A stretch of DNA of 32,000 nt from Promethearchaeota archaeon (lineage in GTDB: Archaea; Asgardarchaeota; Hermodarchaeia; Hermodarchaeales; Hermodarchaeaceae): the NCBI GenBank assembly GCA_048938295.1, contig JBHLMI010000002.1, positions 107,541 to 139,540 on the forward strand. Reading direction: 5' to 3'. Position numbers and translations under genes: made by a program. The notes beneath the pieces were generated by a model. That model had not been told where the DNA came from. It did not search any database and worked only from the letters and a program-made list of their open reading frames with translations. Shown piece after piece: positions 19,173-28,570 of the stretch (positions are counted from its first letter, which is position 1; each line of letters starts with the position of its first letter).

Positions 19173-20333
19173 ATGACAAATCGTGTTGCTATTATTGGTG
19201 TCGGTCAAAGTAATTTTGGAAAACGGCCGGACTCGTCGATCCATGATTTGACGTTTGAAGCATTTCACGAAGCCCTTGATGATACCAGGAATCTTGAGCG
19301 AGTTGAGATTGATGCCTCCATAGTTGCAGCATCATCTGGTTATGATAAGCAGAGATCCCCTGCAGCTGTGATTGCTGGGTATTTAGAATTGAATCCTCAA
19401 CCAACTTTTCTCACTGAGGCCGCTTGCGCATCCAGTACTGTCGGACTTCGAACTGCATGGTCGTTTGTAAAATCGGGTCTTCATGATGTAGTTGCTGTGA
19501 TTGGTTATCAGAAAATGACGGATATGACATCAGAAGCAATTCAAGAGGTCATGGGTCGTGCTGGTGATGTTATGTTTGAATCACCCTTTGGCACCAGTAT
19601 GCCAGCTTATTATGCCATGTTCGCCCAGGCCCACATGGATGCGTACGGTACAACTGAAGAAGACCTTGCCATGGTTGCGGTGAAGAATCATTATTACAGC
19701 CAGCATAATCCAAAGGCAATGTTTCAGAAAGAATTCACCCTAGAGAAAGTGCTGTCCACTCGCGTAATCGCAAGCCCCTTGAAAAGTCTCGACTGCTGTG
19801 CTAACGCGGATGGTGCGTCATGCGTAATAGTGGCAAATGAAGCAAAAGCTAAGAAGTTTGCTGAACAGCCTATCTGGATTAAGGGATTGGGTCTAGGTTC
19901 GACGGCCATGTCTCTTGCTAATCGTAACCCACCTTTCACCGGCTTTGAGAGCGCAACAGAAGCAGCTCGACAAGCCTATGCTATGGCAAATGTCAAACCC
20001 ACAGATATTGATGTTGCAGAAGTTCATGATTGCTTCACCATTGCAGAACTCATTGCTTATGGAGATCTTGGATTCTGTAAACGTGAAGACAGCCCTAAAA
20101 TGATTCGGGATGAAGAGACGCATCTTGGTGGACGCATACCAGTGAATATTGATGGAGGACTCTTATCAAAAGGCCATCCAGTCGGAGCAACCGGGGGCTC
20201 ACAGATTCGAACCTTGGTGCATCAACTTCGTGGCGAGGGGGGGAAAGTGCAAGTTGATGGCGCGAAAATTGCTCTTGGTCACAATGTTGGTGGCATCGGT
20301 ATGTATACGAATGTGACAATTCTGGAGAATTAA
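19173..20333 (+). CDS. Archaeal/SCP2-type thiolase (second copy)
   Basis: TEAACASS, KNHYYS, DCCANADG, EVHDCF, GHPVGATG, HNVGG. Confidence 0.88.
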   Translation: MTNRVAIIGVGQSNFGKRPDSSIHDLTFEAFHEALDDTRNLERVEIDASIVAASSGYDKQRSPAAVIAGYLELNPQPTFLTEAACASSTVGLRTAWSFVKSGLHDVVAVIGYQKMTDMTSEAIQEVMGRAGDVMFESPFGTSMPAYYAMFAQAHMDAYGTTEEDLAMVAVKNHYYSQHNPKAMFQKEFTLEKVLSTRVIASPLKSLDCCANADGASCVIVANEAKAKKFAEQPIWIKGLGLGSTAMSLANRNPPFTGFESATEAARQAYAMANVKPTDIDVAEVHDCFTIAELIAYGDLGFCKREDSPKMIRDEETHLGGRIPVNIDGGLLSKGHPVGATGGSQIRTLVHQLRGEGGKVQVDGAKIALGHNVGGIGMYTNVTILEN

Positions 20334-20340
20334 TTTTGAG

Positions 20341-20763
20341 GTGAGCAGAATGGGATTTGAGCAGTTTGGTTTTGTCAGTTATGTTTCGCAGACAAAAATC
20401 GGTGAGTTTATTGAGCATCTGAAAAACAATCGACTAATGGGAACAAAATGCAAAAAATGTGGGAAAGTCTATTTCCCACCCCGTGCTGATTGCACGTCAT
20501 GCCTTGGAGAAGAAATTGAGTGGGTAGAAGTCAAGGGCGAAGGCAAACTTGTAACCTACACACAAGTCAACTTCGCACCAACGGGATTTCAAGACGACGT
20601 TCCTTATATTCTAGCCCTTGGACAATTGAACAGTGGACAATACGTTTTTGCCCGATTTGCTAAGGATGTGCCCGTGGAGCAGGTGACGACTGGAATGGAC
20701 ATACAACTAGTGCCATTCAAAATCGATGAGGAACGAGTGACATACGAGTTTCGGATATCCTGA
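20341..20763 (+). CDS. DUF35 Zn-ribbon/OB-fold thiolase partner protein (second copy)
   Basis: CKKCGKVYFPPRADCTSC plus OB-fold; 7 nt after the thiolase. Confidence 0.88.
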   Translation: MSRMGFEQFGFVSYVSQTKIGEFIEHLKNNRLMGTKCKKCGKVYFPPRADCTSCLGEEIEWVEVKGEGKLVTYTQVNFAPTGFQDDVPYILALGQLNSGQYVFARFAKDVPVEQVTTGMDIQLVPFKIDEERVTYEFRIS

Positions 20764-20768
20764 CCTGA

Positions 20769-21824
20769 CTATCGGAATTCAGGTATAACTTCAGTGGCAA
20801 AGAGTTTCAGAGTGTCCTTGAGCATTTGCGGGGGAACAAAGAAGTTGACCACCATATGCCTGACTCCAGCCTTTTGATAGGCTTTAATGCCATTGATGAC
20901 ATCATCGGGTGTCCCAAAGAAGACTGGAGCTTTGTCAAGAACTTCATCTGGAATCTCTTTAGCCATTGCAAGTAATTTTTCAGTAACATCTGAGTTCATT
21001 ACAAGATGCCAAGTCATGTCAAATTCATCGGTAATATCTTCATACCCTAACCGATGAAGAATTCGGGGTCGTGTTAGAAAATAGATTTTTGCCCCTAATC
21101 CCACGTTTTTTCGTGCGGTCTCATATTCATCAGCAACGACTGTAAAGACAAATGCGGCAGGTTCAATTACATCAGGATCACGCCCTGCCTGCTTTGCTTG
21201 ATGCCGCACAATCTGTAGTTTTTCTGCATATTCGTCAGGAAACATACTTGCTGGCACCCAGCCATCACCTAATTCTCCTGCCATCTTCATGGTTTTTGGC
21301 GAATTGGCAGCTATCCAAACTGGAGGGTTCGGTTCTTGGATTGGTCGTGGTTGGAGGAACGCATTATCTAATTTGTAGTACTTACCCTCATAATTGGAAA
21401 CCTCCTGTGTCCACAACATTTTCATGACTTTCACTGCTTCATATGTGCGACCGAGGGGTTGCTTGAGATCAATTCCAAAGGGAAATAGATTCATAGCTTC
21501 ACCCAGCCCGACACCAACAATTGCTCGTCCATTTGAGATGTGATCACAAGTCGTAACCATCTGTGCTAAAGCTGCTGGATGATGACGATATGTATCACCT
21601 ACACATGTGCCTAATTTTACGTTCTTCGTTTGAGTAGCTACAGCTGAGAGAGCCGACCATGCTTCCAGAGCATCCCATCGTCGAATTCCAAATCCAACTG
21701 TGTGATCCGGCATCCAAAAGGAATCAAATCCCATTTTTTCGATGTAGGTTGCGGTATCAAGGATTCGGTCCCATGCGGATGGGGTGCTCACAACTCCAAA
21801 TTTTAGTTTGTCTGACAAATTCAA
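20769..21824 (-). CDS. LLM-class (luciferase-like, probably F420-dependent) oxidoreductase
   Basis: FDSFWMPDH, LGTCVGD, CDHISNGRAIVGVGLG, PVWIAANSPKT, GELGDGW; TTG start with AGGAG. Confidence 0.85.
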   Translation of the reverse strand: MNLSDKLKFGVVSTPSAWDRILDTATYIEKMGFDSFWMPDHTVGFGIRRWDALEAWSALSAVATQTKNVKLGTCVGDTYRHHPAALAQMVTTCDHISNGRAIVGVGLGEAMNLFPFGIDLKQPLGRTYEAVKVMKMLWTQEVSNYEGKYYKLDNAFLQPRPIQEPNPPVWIAANSPKTMKMAGELGDGWVPASMFPDEYAEKLQIVRHQAKQAGRDPDVIEPAAFVFTVVADEYETARKNVGLGAKIYFLTRPRILHRLGYEDITDEFDMTWHLVMNSDVTEKLLAMAKEIPDEVLDKAPVFFGTPDDVINGIKAYQKAGVRHMVVNFFVPPQMLKDTLKLFATEVIPEFR

Positions 21825-21830
21825 TGTCTC

Positions 21831-22595
21831 CTATTTGTCTACTACCTTGGGCTCACGCTTCTCTAGGAAGGCTCTGACACCCTCTTTTGCATCTGCAGTT
21901 TCAAGAAGTTTTTTCATATATTGAGCTTCTATGAACAATCCCTCTTCAAGAGTACGTTGAGTTGCCTCCTTTAGAGCCCGTTTAGCATATTTCAATGCAA
22001 CGAGGCCATGACGAGCGATGCGTTCGGCTAGAGCCCTTGCTGTGGGTATTAGCTGATCAGGAGGAACGATTTTGTAGACGAACTCCCCCATTTTCGAAGC
22101 AGGAAATATTTCACCAGTGAGAATTAATTCCCGAGCAAGTTGGGGATTCATCCAACGCTGTATCCGTTGAGTACCACCCCAGCCTGGGATAACTCCTAAT
22201 TTAATCTCAGGTTGTCCAAATTTCGCTGTTTCTGAGGCAATAATAAAATCGCAGGCCATTGTAATTTCCATACCTCCCCCAAGGCAAAATCCATTGACAG
22301 CGACTATAATTGGTTTCGAAATCCTTTCTAAAAATAAGGTAAAAATCTGACCTACTCTTGTCAATTTCTCAGCCTTGTCAGCATCACTTCCCTCGAATTG
22401 CTTGATGTCTGCCCCACCAATAAAAAACTTGTCTCCTGCTCCGGTGAGGATAACTACTTTGGTATTGTCCTGATCAAGTTTTGAGAATATTTCTTCTAGT
22501 TTTTTAAAGACTTCGGGGTTCAGGGTGTTTGCAGGGGGATTGTTTATTGTGACTAGCGCTATCTGATTTTCTTTTTGAAGTTCAACTAATGGCAA
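21831..22595 (-). CDS. Enoyl-CoA hydratase (crotonase)
   Basis: FIGGADIK, CLGGGMEI, FGQPEIKLGVIPGWGGTQR with both catalytic Glu residues. Confidence 0.88.
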   Translation of the reverse strand: MPLVELQKENQIALVTINNPPANTLNPEVFKKLEEIFSKLDQDNTKVVILTGAGDKFFIGGADIKQFEGSDADKAEKLTRVGQIFTLFLERISKPIIVAVNGFCLGGGMEITMACDFIIASETAKFGQPEIKLGVIPGWGGTQRIQRWMNPQLARELILTGEIFPASKMGEFVYKIVPPDQLIPTARALAERIARHGLVALKYAKRALKEATQRTLEEGLFIEAQYMKKLLETADAKEGVRAFLEKREPKVVDK

Positions 22596-22895
22596 AACGT
22601 TCTTGCTCCTATGAACTTTTAGAGTGTCACAAAATGACTTGGACCTTTTAGCAGTTTTTCGTATTTAAGATTTCATTTGAAAACCAGCGAAGCAGTGTTC
22701 TACTTCATTTTGTTGGAAAATAGTGGAGAAGTGTCGGAGTTTTTCTACAATCGAGCGGTCAGCACATGGACAATTGTATCAAAATCTACTCCAACTAGTT
22801 AACTCATTAATTTCGGAATAGATATAGCTTACTGATTATTATTATAATATAGTTCTATGTAGATAGGACTGAGGCTACAGATTGCGGGTGCAACT

Positions 22896-23360
22896 ATGAG
22901 TAAATCCACTCAACAGAGTAGACAGAAGAAGAAAACCCCATCACGGCGTAAAGTAGAGGTGGAAACACCAGAGGATTTACCCGAGGCCATCAGCTGGCTT
23001 CACAAAGTGTTAGCAACTTCCTATTCGATGAATGAAGAAGGAATAATTCGGTTAAAAAAGCAATTCGATCAATTGTATGATGATCATATCGAGGAATTTG
23101 ATCGGAAACTTACAAATTCTGACCTGAAAAATAAAGATATTTTTCATGAGTGCTTAGCAGCAAAAGAGATTTTGGGACATCTTCTGGCAGTATGTAAATA
23201 TCTTGAGCGGATTTTGGACACAAAACAGCTTCCAGCAGATTCCAAAACAGAGCAGCGAGGATCTGGAGACCTCACAAGTATCTTGCAAAGGGATTTAACA
23301 GCGGAATTACGGACCTTTTCACAGCGATTAGAGCAGTCACAGTCTTTGCTAACTAACTGA
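22896..23360 (+). CDS. Hypothetical alpha-helical protein with basic disordered N-terminus
   Basis: 154-aa ATG ORF with no competing long ORF; amphipathic helices; N-terminus RQKKKTPSRRK. Confidence 0.55.
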   Translation: MSKSTQQSRQKKKTPSRRKVEVETPEDLPEAISWLHKVLATSYSMNEEGIIRLKKQFDQLYDDHIEEFDRKLTNSDLKNKDIFHECLAAKEILGHLLAVCKYLERILDTKQLPADSKTEQRGSGDLTSILQRDLTAELRTFSQRLEQSQSLLTN

Positions 23361-23514
23361 ATTTATGCACCCAAAACCCTTCGACTTCTCAACCTACTCA
23401 GTATTCCAGGAAACAAAGCAAAACCCTTTTGGGAATTCAGAACTAATGGAAATTCGGTACTACATTAACATGTGATCTTAAGCTCTTAAATCAAATAAAT
23501 GAGGGTTATTTCTG

Positions 23515-24261
23515 ATGACAGGAATTTCTTCAATTATGGATTCGTTGAAAAAGAACCAAGCCGTCGTCGAAGAATTGGCGACGACGACAAAACGAGAAAT
23601 CACGGAAATTCAAACCCAAATCGACCAACTCCTGAAGCTAGTTACACTTCTCCAAGACGAGTGGGATGAACGGGAAGCCATTGAGGAAGAGTTAACCCGG
23701 GAGGCAGCCGCGTTAGAAGGCGAATTGTCTGCGGAAAGTCAAGAACAAGGAAAATTAGAGTCGACAAGTGCATCACAAAAACAGGCTATCATGGATGCGA
23801 AGACGGAAAGAGAACAGCTTCAGAGAGAGCTTGCTGATATCGAAAGAAAACTTGAGGAGGGTGAAGATGATATTCGCAGTGCTGACCGGGCGTTACGTGA
23901 TGCAGAGAAGAATATGAACAAAGTCGATGAGAAGCTTTCGTCTGTCGATGACAAATTCGCTGAACAACTTCAAAGTATTGATACACAGGTAACCGAAGCG
24001 CGCAATGAGGCGGAATTACAGGAGGCGCGATATAAAGCATTGCGGTACCTCTTGCGGGAAGGCATTGTGACTATGCCCGAAGCAAAGGTAGCAGCGGAGC
24101 TTAAAGACAAAGACACCACTACGCTTGACCACTTACAAAAAACTACATTCATTGGGCGATTTAAAGTGCGAGAAATCATCCTGCAAATGGCTGAACACAA
24201 GATTGTACGGTTCGAGAAAGAGACAGAACAGGTGAAAGTACTCAAACAGATTGACCTGTAA
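23515..24261 (+). CDS. Long coiled-coil protein with predicted C-terminal winged-helix domain (paralogue A)
   Basis: About 170 aa of E/Q/K-rich heptads, then YLLREG..MPEAKVAAEL...LDHLQKTT..GRFKVREIILQMAEHKIVRFE. Confidence 0.7.
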   Translation: MTGISSIMDSLKKNQAVVEELATTTKREITEIQTQIDQLLKLVTLLQDEWDEREAIEEELTREAAALEGELSAESQEQGKLESTSASQKQAIMDAKTEREQLQRELADIERKLEEGEDDIRSADRALRDAEKNMNKVDEKLSSVDDKFAEQLQSIDTQVTEARNEAELQEARYKALRYLLREGIVTMPEAKVAAELKDKDTTTLDHLQKTTFIGRFKVREIILQMAEHKIVRFEKETEQVKVLKQIDL

Positions 24262-24283
24262 CCACGAAATGGAAGTGAAAGAA

Positions 24284-25018
24284 ATGGCAGATATTAAGCA
24301 AATCCAACAGATCCTTGAACAGAATCAAGCACGGATGAAAGCCGTACGAGAAGCCTTCCGCAGCCAAATGTCAGCACTCATCGATGAGGTAACCAATGCC
24401 CAGCAAACTTTGATTCGTATCGAGCGTGAAATTCAACTATCCGAATCTCAGATCGAAGAACAAAAGACCACAATCAGTCATAACCAAGAACAATTAGCCC
24501 AGCTCCGAGAATCAGGATCAGCAATGGAAGTAAAAATCGCTGGATTATACTCTGAACTAAGCGAACAACAGCGACAGATTGCGGTACTGAATGCGTCTAT
24601 AATGGAGAAATCAGGTCGCCTAGAATCTATTGAAGCTGAAGCAAGACAACGGACAGCAGTCCTTAAGTCAAGACAGACCCACCTTGAAGAAAAACAAAAA
24701 GAACTCGGACGCCTCCAAGCGAATAAGGATCAAGAAATTGCAAAACAGAAAGAGGAACTAAAGAAGGCAATCAAACAAGTTAATGACGTGAAGAAAGAAA
24801 ATCCAGTAGCGGATTATCTGTTAACAGAGGCTCACGAGCCCCCCGAACTTGATATTCTTGCCGTTCTCATTCACCAAAAAGAGGCTCAGGTTACTGAACT
24901 CAAACGGCTAGCAAAATCACCCCCAGCCATCACATCTCGCATCCTCAAGGAGATGGAAAACAAAGGAATCATTGAACTCACAAGTTCAGATACAGCCCGG
25001 TTAGTAATTTCAGTTTAA
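24284..25018 (+). CDS. Long coiled-coil protein with predicted C-terminal winged-helix domain (paralogue B)
   Basis: Heptad-rich N-terminus, then YLLTEA..PPELDILAVL...VTELKRLAKSPPAITSRILKEMENKGIIEL; ATG at 24284 after GGAAGTGA. Confidence 0.7.
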   Translation: MADIKQIQQILEQNQARMKAVREAFRSQMSALIDEVTNAQQTLIRIEREIQLSESQIEEQKTTISHNQEQLAQLRESGSAMEVKIAGLYSELSEQQRQIAVLNASIMEKSGRLESIEAEARQRTAVLKSRQTHLEEKQKELGRLQANKDQEIAKQKEELKKAIKQVNDVKKENPVADYLLTEAHEPPELDILAVLIHQKEAQVTELKRLAKSPPAITSRILKEMENKGIIELTSSDTARLVISV

Positions 25019-25076
25019 CCCAATTTTCCATTTAGACGGCAAAGCCTTTTTGAGTCTGAAAGGCGGTTAGAGGGGG

Positions 25077-26057
25077 ATGGATGGTCGGACTTTGCATTCA
25101 GAATTAGACAAACAAGAAACGAAATCAGATAAGAAAGCAGAGCCCAAATCCTATCCAGAGCGTCAATTGGCCAAAATGCTAAAGGACCGACCTTTCACTC
25201 TTCCAGAAACCAACCACCATCTCATTGTTGGCGACAGCCGATGCATGACAGAACTTGCTGATGATTCAGTTCACTTGATTGTGACTTCGCCCCCATACCC
25301 AATGATTGAGATATGGGATGACTTGTTCGCAGAAATGGGATGTAATGACTATACTGCGATGCACACATATCTAGCTCAGGTTTGGAGTGAATGCTTCCGG
25401 ATCCTTGTTGATGGCGGCATCGCTTGCATTAACATCGGAGACGCGCTCAGGAAAATCGACGATAATTTTCAATTGTACCCGAATCATGTGAAGGTTATAG
25501 AACACTGTGAAGCGTTAGGATTTACCAGCCTTCCTTATATTCTGTGGAAAAAACCGACCACACGAGCAAATGCTTTTCTCGGCTCTGGTTTCATCCCACC
25601 CAATGCCTATGTAACCCAGGATTGTGAATTTATCCTTGTATTTCGTAAAGGACAGCCACGACCATTTCCGCCTAAAGATTTAATCCGTTATGCAAGTCAT
25701 TACACAATTCATGAACGAAACACTTGGTTCACGCAGATATGGAAGCTCCCAGGCACTCGACAGCACATCCCGCAGATAGCCCGGCGGGTGGCAGCATTCC
25801 CTGAAGAAATTGCGTACCGCCTGATTCGGATGTTTTCAATTATCGGAGACACTGTTGTTGACCCTTTTCTGGGAACAGGAACCACCATGAAAATTGCACG
25901 AGACAATCACCGCAATAGCATCGGATATGAAATCGATAAAAAACTAATTCCAGTCATCGAGGACAGATTAAGTGGTGATGATGTCCTCAAGCCACGTCAC
26001 CGCCGAAAGAAAATTCAAGGGTATCATATTACCCATCAAAAGACTAACCGAGAATAA
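25077..26057 (+). CDS. Beta-class N4-cytosine DNA methyltransferase, resembling the M.MthZI CTAG family; orphan
   Basis: Motif IV TSPPYPMIEIWD precedes motif I DPFLGTGTT; also INIGDA.RK...FQLYPNH and GSGFIPPNAYV. Confidence 0.85.
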   Translation: MDGRTLHSELDKQETKSDKKAEPKSYPERQLAKMLKDRPFTLPETNHHLIVGDSRCMTELADDSVHLIVTSPPYPMIEIWDDLFAEMGCNDYTAMHTYLAQVWSECFRILVDGGIACINIGDALRKIDDNFQLYPNHVKVIEHCEALGFTSLPYILWKKPTTRANAFLGSGFIPPNAYVTQDCEFILVFRKGQPRPFPPKDLIRYASHYTIHERNTWFTQIWKLPGTRQHIPQIARRVAAFPEEIAYRLIRMFSIIGDTVVDPFLGTGTTMKIARDNHRNSIGYEIDKKLIPVIEDRLSGDDVLKPRHRRKKIQGYHITHQKTNRE

Positions 26058-26113
26058 GGTTTGTCAAAAAAGATATTACTCGTACTGCGTATCATTAGAG
26101 TCAAGGGTCTTTC

Positions 26114-27031
26114 ATGATTTGTGCAGTTGGGAACATCAACATCGATTGGATTTGCACGCTATCACACCTCCCAACCCCCGATGAGAAACTGAACATACAC
26201 TCCCTATCAATCTTCCCTGGTGGAGCAGCAGCAAACTTCGCTGTCAGTCTAGCCCGTTTGGGATCGAAAGTACGCCTGTTTGGTCATGTGGGAGAAGACT
26301 CAGGGGGTCGTGAAGCCCTCAAATCCCTTCGCGACGAAAAGGTGGACACGTCATTAGTCATTCACGAAAAGGATCTTGCTACGGGGCTAGTTATCATCTT
26401 AGTTGATAACACTGGACAAACCATGAAGCTTCGGTTTCGTGGCGCTAACAGCCGACTCTCCCCCAATGATATCACCCCCGCGTTATTAGCTGATGTGGAT
26501 ATCGCGTATGCTGCAAGCATTTCTATTCCCCTCGCAACAAAGATTGCGGCAGTAAGCAATCAAATGGGTATTTGTTCAGCAATTGATGTGGGGGAAGAAA
26601 TAACTAAACAATCCCTCGACAAAGTACGAGACATGATTTGTAGTTTCTCAATTGTTTTTATGAATCAATTAGTCTTTAAGCGAATTTTCAAACAGCAGCC
26701 AATTTTGAAAAACATTCAAGCTGAAGTGGGTGGTGCACTCGAATTATTGACCGTCACATTAGGACGCAAGGGATCCATAACCGCAACCAAAGACCTAGTT
26801 TTTAAGACACCCACCTTCCAAGTAGAAACCGTGGATACCACGGGAGCAGGTGATGCTTTTGCAGCTGGATTCATCCATTATTATAATCAAAGATTACCAC
26901 TCGTAGAAACCGCTAAACGTGCAGCCGTATGTGCTTCCTTACAAGTAACCCAGCCCGGGGGACGCGAAGGACTACCTACAGCCCAACAGGTGGAAGATTT
27001 TCTCAAGACGGCTGAGGAAGAAGGTTCCTAA
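26114..27031 (+). CDS. PfkB/ribokinase-family kinase
   Basis: FPGGAAANFA, GHVGEDSGG, TLGRKGS, VDTTGAGDAFAAG. Confidence 0.9.
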   Translation: MICAVGNINIDWICTLSHLPTPDEKLNIHSLSIFPGGAAANFAVSLARLGSKVRLFGHVGEDSGGREALKSLRDEKVDTSLVIHEKDLATGLVIILVDNTGQTMKLRFRGANSRLSPNDITPALLADVDIAYAASISIPLATKIAAVSNQMGICSAIDVGEEITKQSLDKVRDMICSFSIVFMNQLVFKRIFKQQPILKNIQAEVGGALELLTVTLGRKGSITATKDLVFKTPTFQVETVDTTGAGDAFAAGFIHYYNQRLPLVETAKRAAVCASLQVTQPGGREGLPTAQQVEDFLKTAEEEGS

Positions 27032-27055
27032 ATTCCTCGCTTCCTTCACATTGGT

Positions 27056-27940
27056 TTAAGAAACAAAGGGGATGACAACAGGTTTAGATGATTTGGTGGC
27101 TATCACCTGAGAGACAGAACCAAGAAAACCACCAATACGGCCAGGCTTTCGATGGGCCCCTAAAATGATGAGGTCAACCTTTTCTTTTTCGGCGAACTCT
27201 AACACCTCCTCACCAACATTCTGCGCACCCAAATGCTGAGGTGTCAAAGCGACTTTTGTTTGCTCGGAAAAAATCGACACATCATCTGTGAAGAGTTCAC
27301 GTTGAACCTCCAGCTCCGGTGTTCCTAGTGGAGCAGAATTCTTCACCTGAGGAATGCGAGTGACATTCAAAGCAATCAGTTCCGCACTGGCTGCCGCTGA
27401 ACTACTCTTCAAGGAGGCCGCTAGTCGGAGTGCAACTTGATCTTTTCGTGTATTGCGAATTGGAACTAAGATCTTTTTTAGATCAGCACGGTAATTCGCT
27501 TCAAAGTCATCAATCCAGGATGTTACAATAAGCAATGGGATCTTACTTTTCCGAGCCACACGCCGTGCAGTCGAACCTAATAGCCGTTTATCCACCTGCG
27601 TTTGAGCGATAGACATGATAATCATATCACAATTCTTCTCCCGACTTGAAGACAAAATTGCATCTGATGCCCGCACACGTGTAACGCGTTCCTCATCAAA
27701 GGGAACTTTCATTGATTTTGACAAACCTTTAGCATAATTGAAGAGTCGATTAACCATGGCTGTCTTTGATCGGCGAATTCTCTCACGACAATGTAGCAAA
27801 AAGACCTTCGCCTTTGATTTCTCAGCAAGGTTAAAGGCCAGTTGGATGTGATCCACTTCAGCAGGAAAACCTTGGAGTGGAGCAAGAATTCGTGTCAGTT
27901 TTGGTTCAGTCCATTCTTTGGTACACAAGTAACTCATCAT
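27056..27940 (-). CDS. Universal stress protein with two USP domains
   Basis: Two repeats: RILAPL...DMIIMS...LLGSTARRVAR and KILVPI...DLIILGAH...FLGSVSQVIA. Confidence 0.88.
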   Translation of the reverse strand: MMSYLCTKEWTEPKLTRILAPLQGFPAEVDHIQLAFNLAEKSKAKVFLLHCRERIRRSKTAMVNRLFNYAKGLSKSMKVPFDEERVTRVRASDAILSSSREKNCDMIIMSIAQTQVDKRLLGSTARRVARKSKIPLLIVTSWIDDFEANYRADLKKILVPIRNTRKDQVALRLAASLKSSSAAASAELIALNVTRIPQVKNSAPLGTPELEVQRELFTDDVSIFSEQTKVALTPQHLGAQNVGEEVLEFAEKEKVDLIILGAHRKPGRIGGFLGSVSQVIATKSSKPVVIPFVS

Positions 27941-28032
27941 CGAACAACTCCGTATTAGTTCGGTGAACCCATATTTGCAGATATAAAAAGCCTATGGAAC
28001 ATATTAATGTTAGAATGACACTAAAACCTGCC

Positions 28033-28443
28033 CTAGGAGATGAGATGAGTCGCATTCTTGATGGCTGAAACCAACTCCGTAAACGTCAGCTCATCGGGGA
28101 ACACCGGAACCGCATCCATGTCCTCCAAGCTAATAAACAACAAATACCAAATAGCCTTCACCAAAGACTCCTGAAGCTGAGAACTCGGTACTTCAAAGAC
28201 ATCTTGGCACAGCTTGTCTAGCGTACGGCTCGCATGTGTTGTCTTTTTCTGTCCATGTACCGACAAGAACACTGGAGTCCAACGTTCGTAAAAGAACTTC
28301 AACGCCTGATAGATGTTATCGACGAACAATTCCCGAAGTTGTTCCTCATCCACCCCATTCGACGCCGCATTCACTACCTCCTTAATCCGAGGAATCAGAA
28401 CATCAGCAACGAATCCTTCAAGTTGTGCTTTCGGGGCGGCCAT
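28033..28443 (-). CDS. Hypothetical all-helical protein
   Basis: 136-aa ATG ORF with plausible composition; no recognised motif. Confidence 0.55.
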   Translation of the reverse strand: MAAPKAQLEGFVADVLIPRIKEVVNAASNGVDEEQLRELFVDNIYQALKFFYERWTPVFLSVHGQKKTTHASRTLDKLCQDVFEVPSSQLQESLVKAIWYLLFISLEDMDAVPVFPDELTFTELVSAIKNATHLIS

Positions 28444-28570
28444 GACAATTCATCACAGACCATCAATTAGGAGAAGAGTTATCAATTCGCGGCATAAAAA
28501 TCCATATGTCATAAGCACAACAATTAGATGAACGATTGGTTAAAATATTTGTGTATCAAAACTCCAGTGA

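Noticed and set aside
23515-25018. SMC/Rad50 or ESCRT-III annotation for the coiled-coil genes
   Set aside because: There are no Walker A/B, signature, hinge or zinc-hook motifs, and the continuous coil is longer than a Snf7 core.
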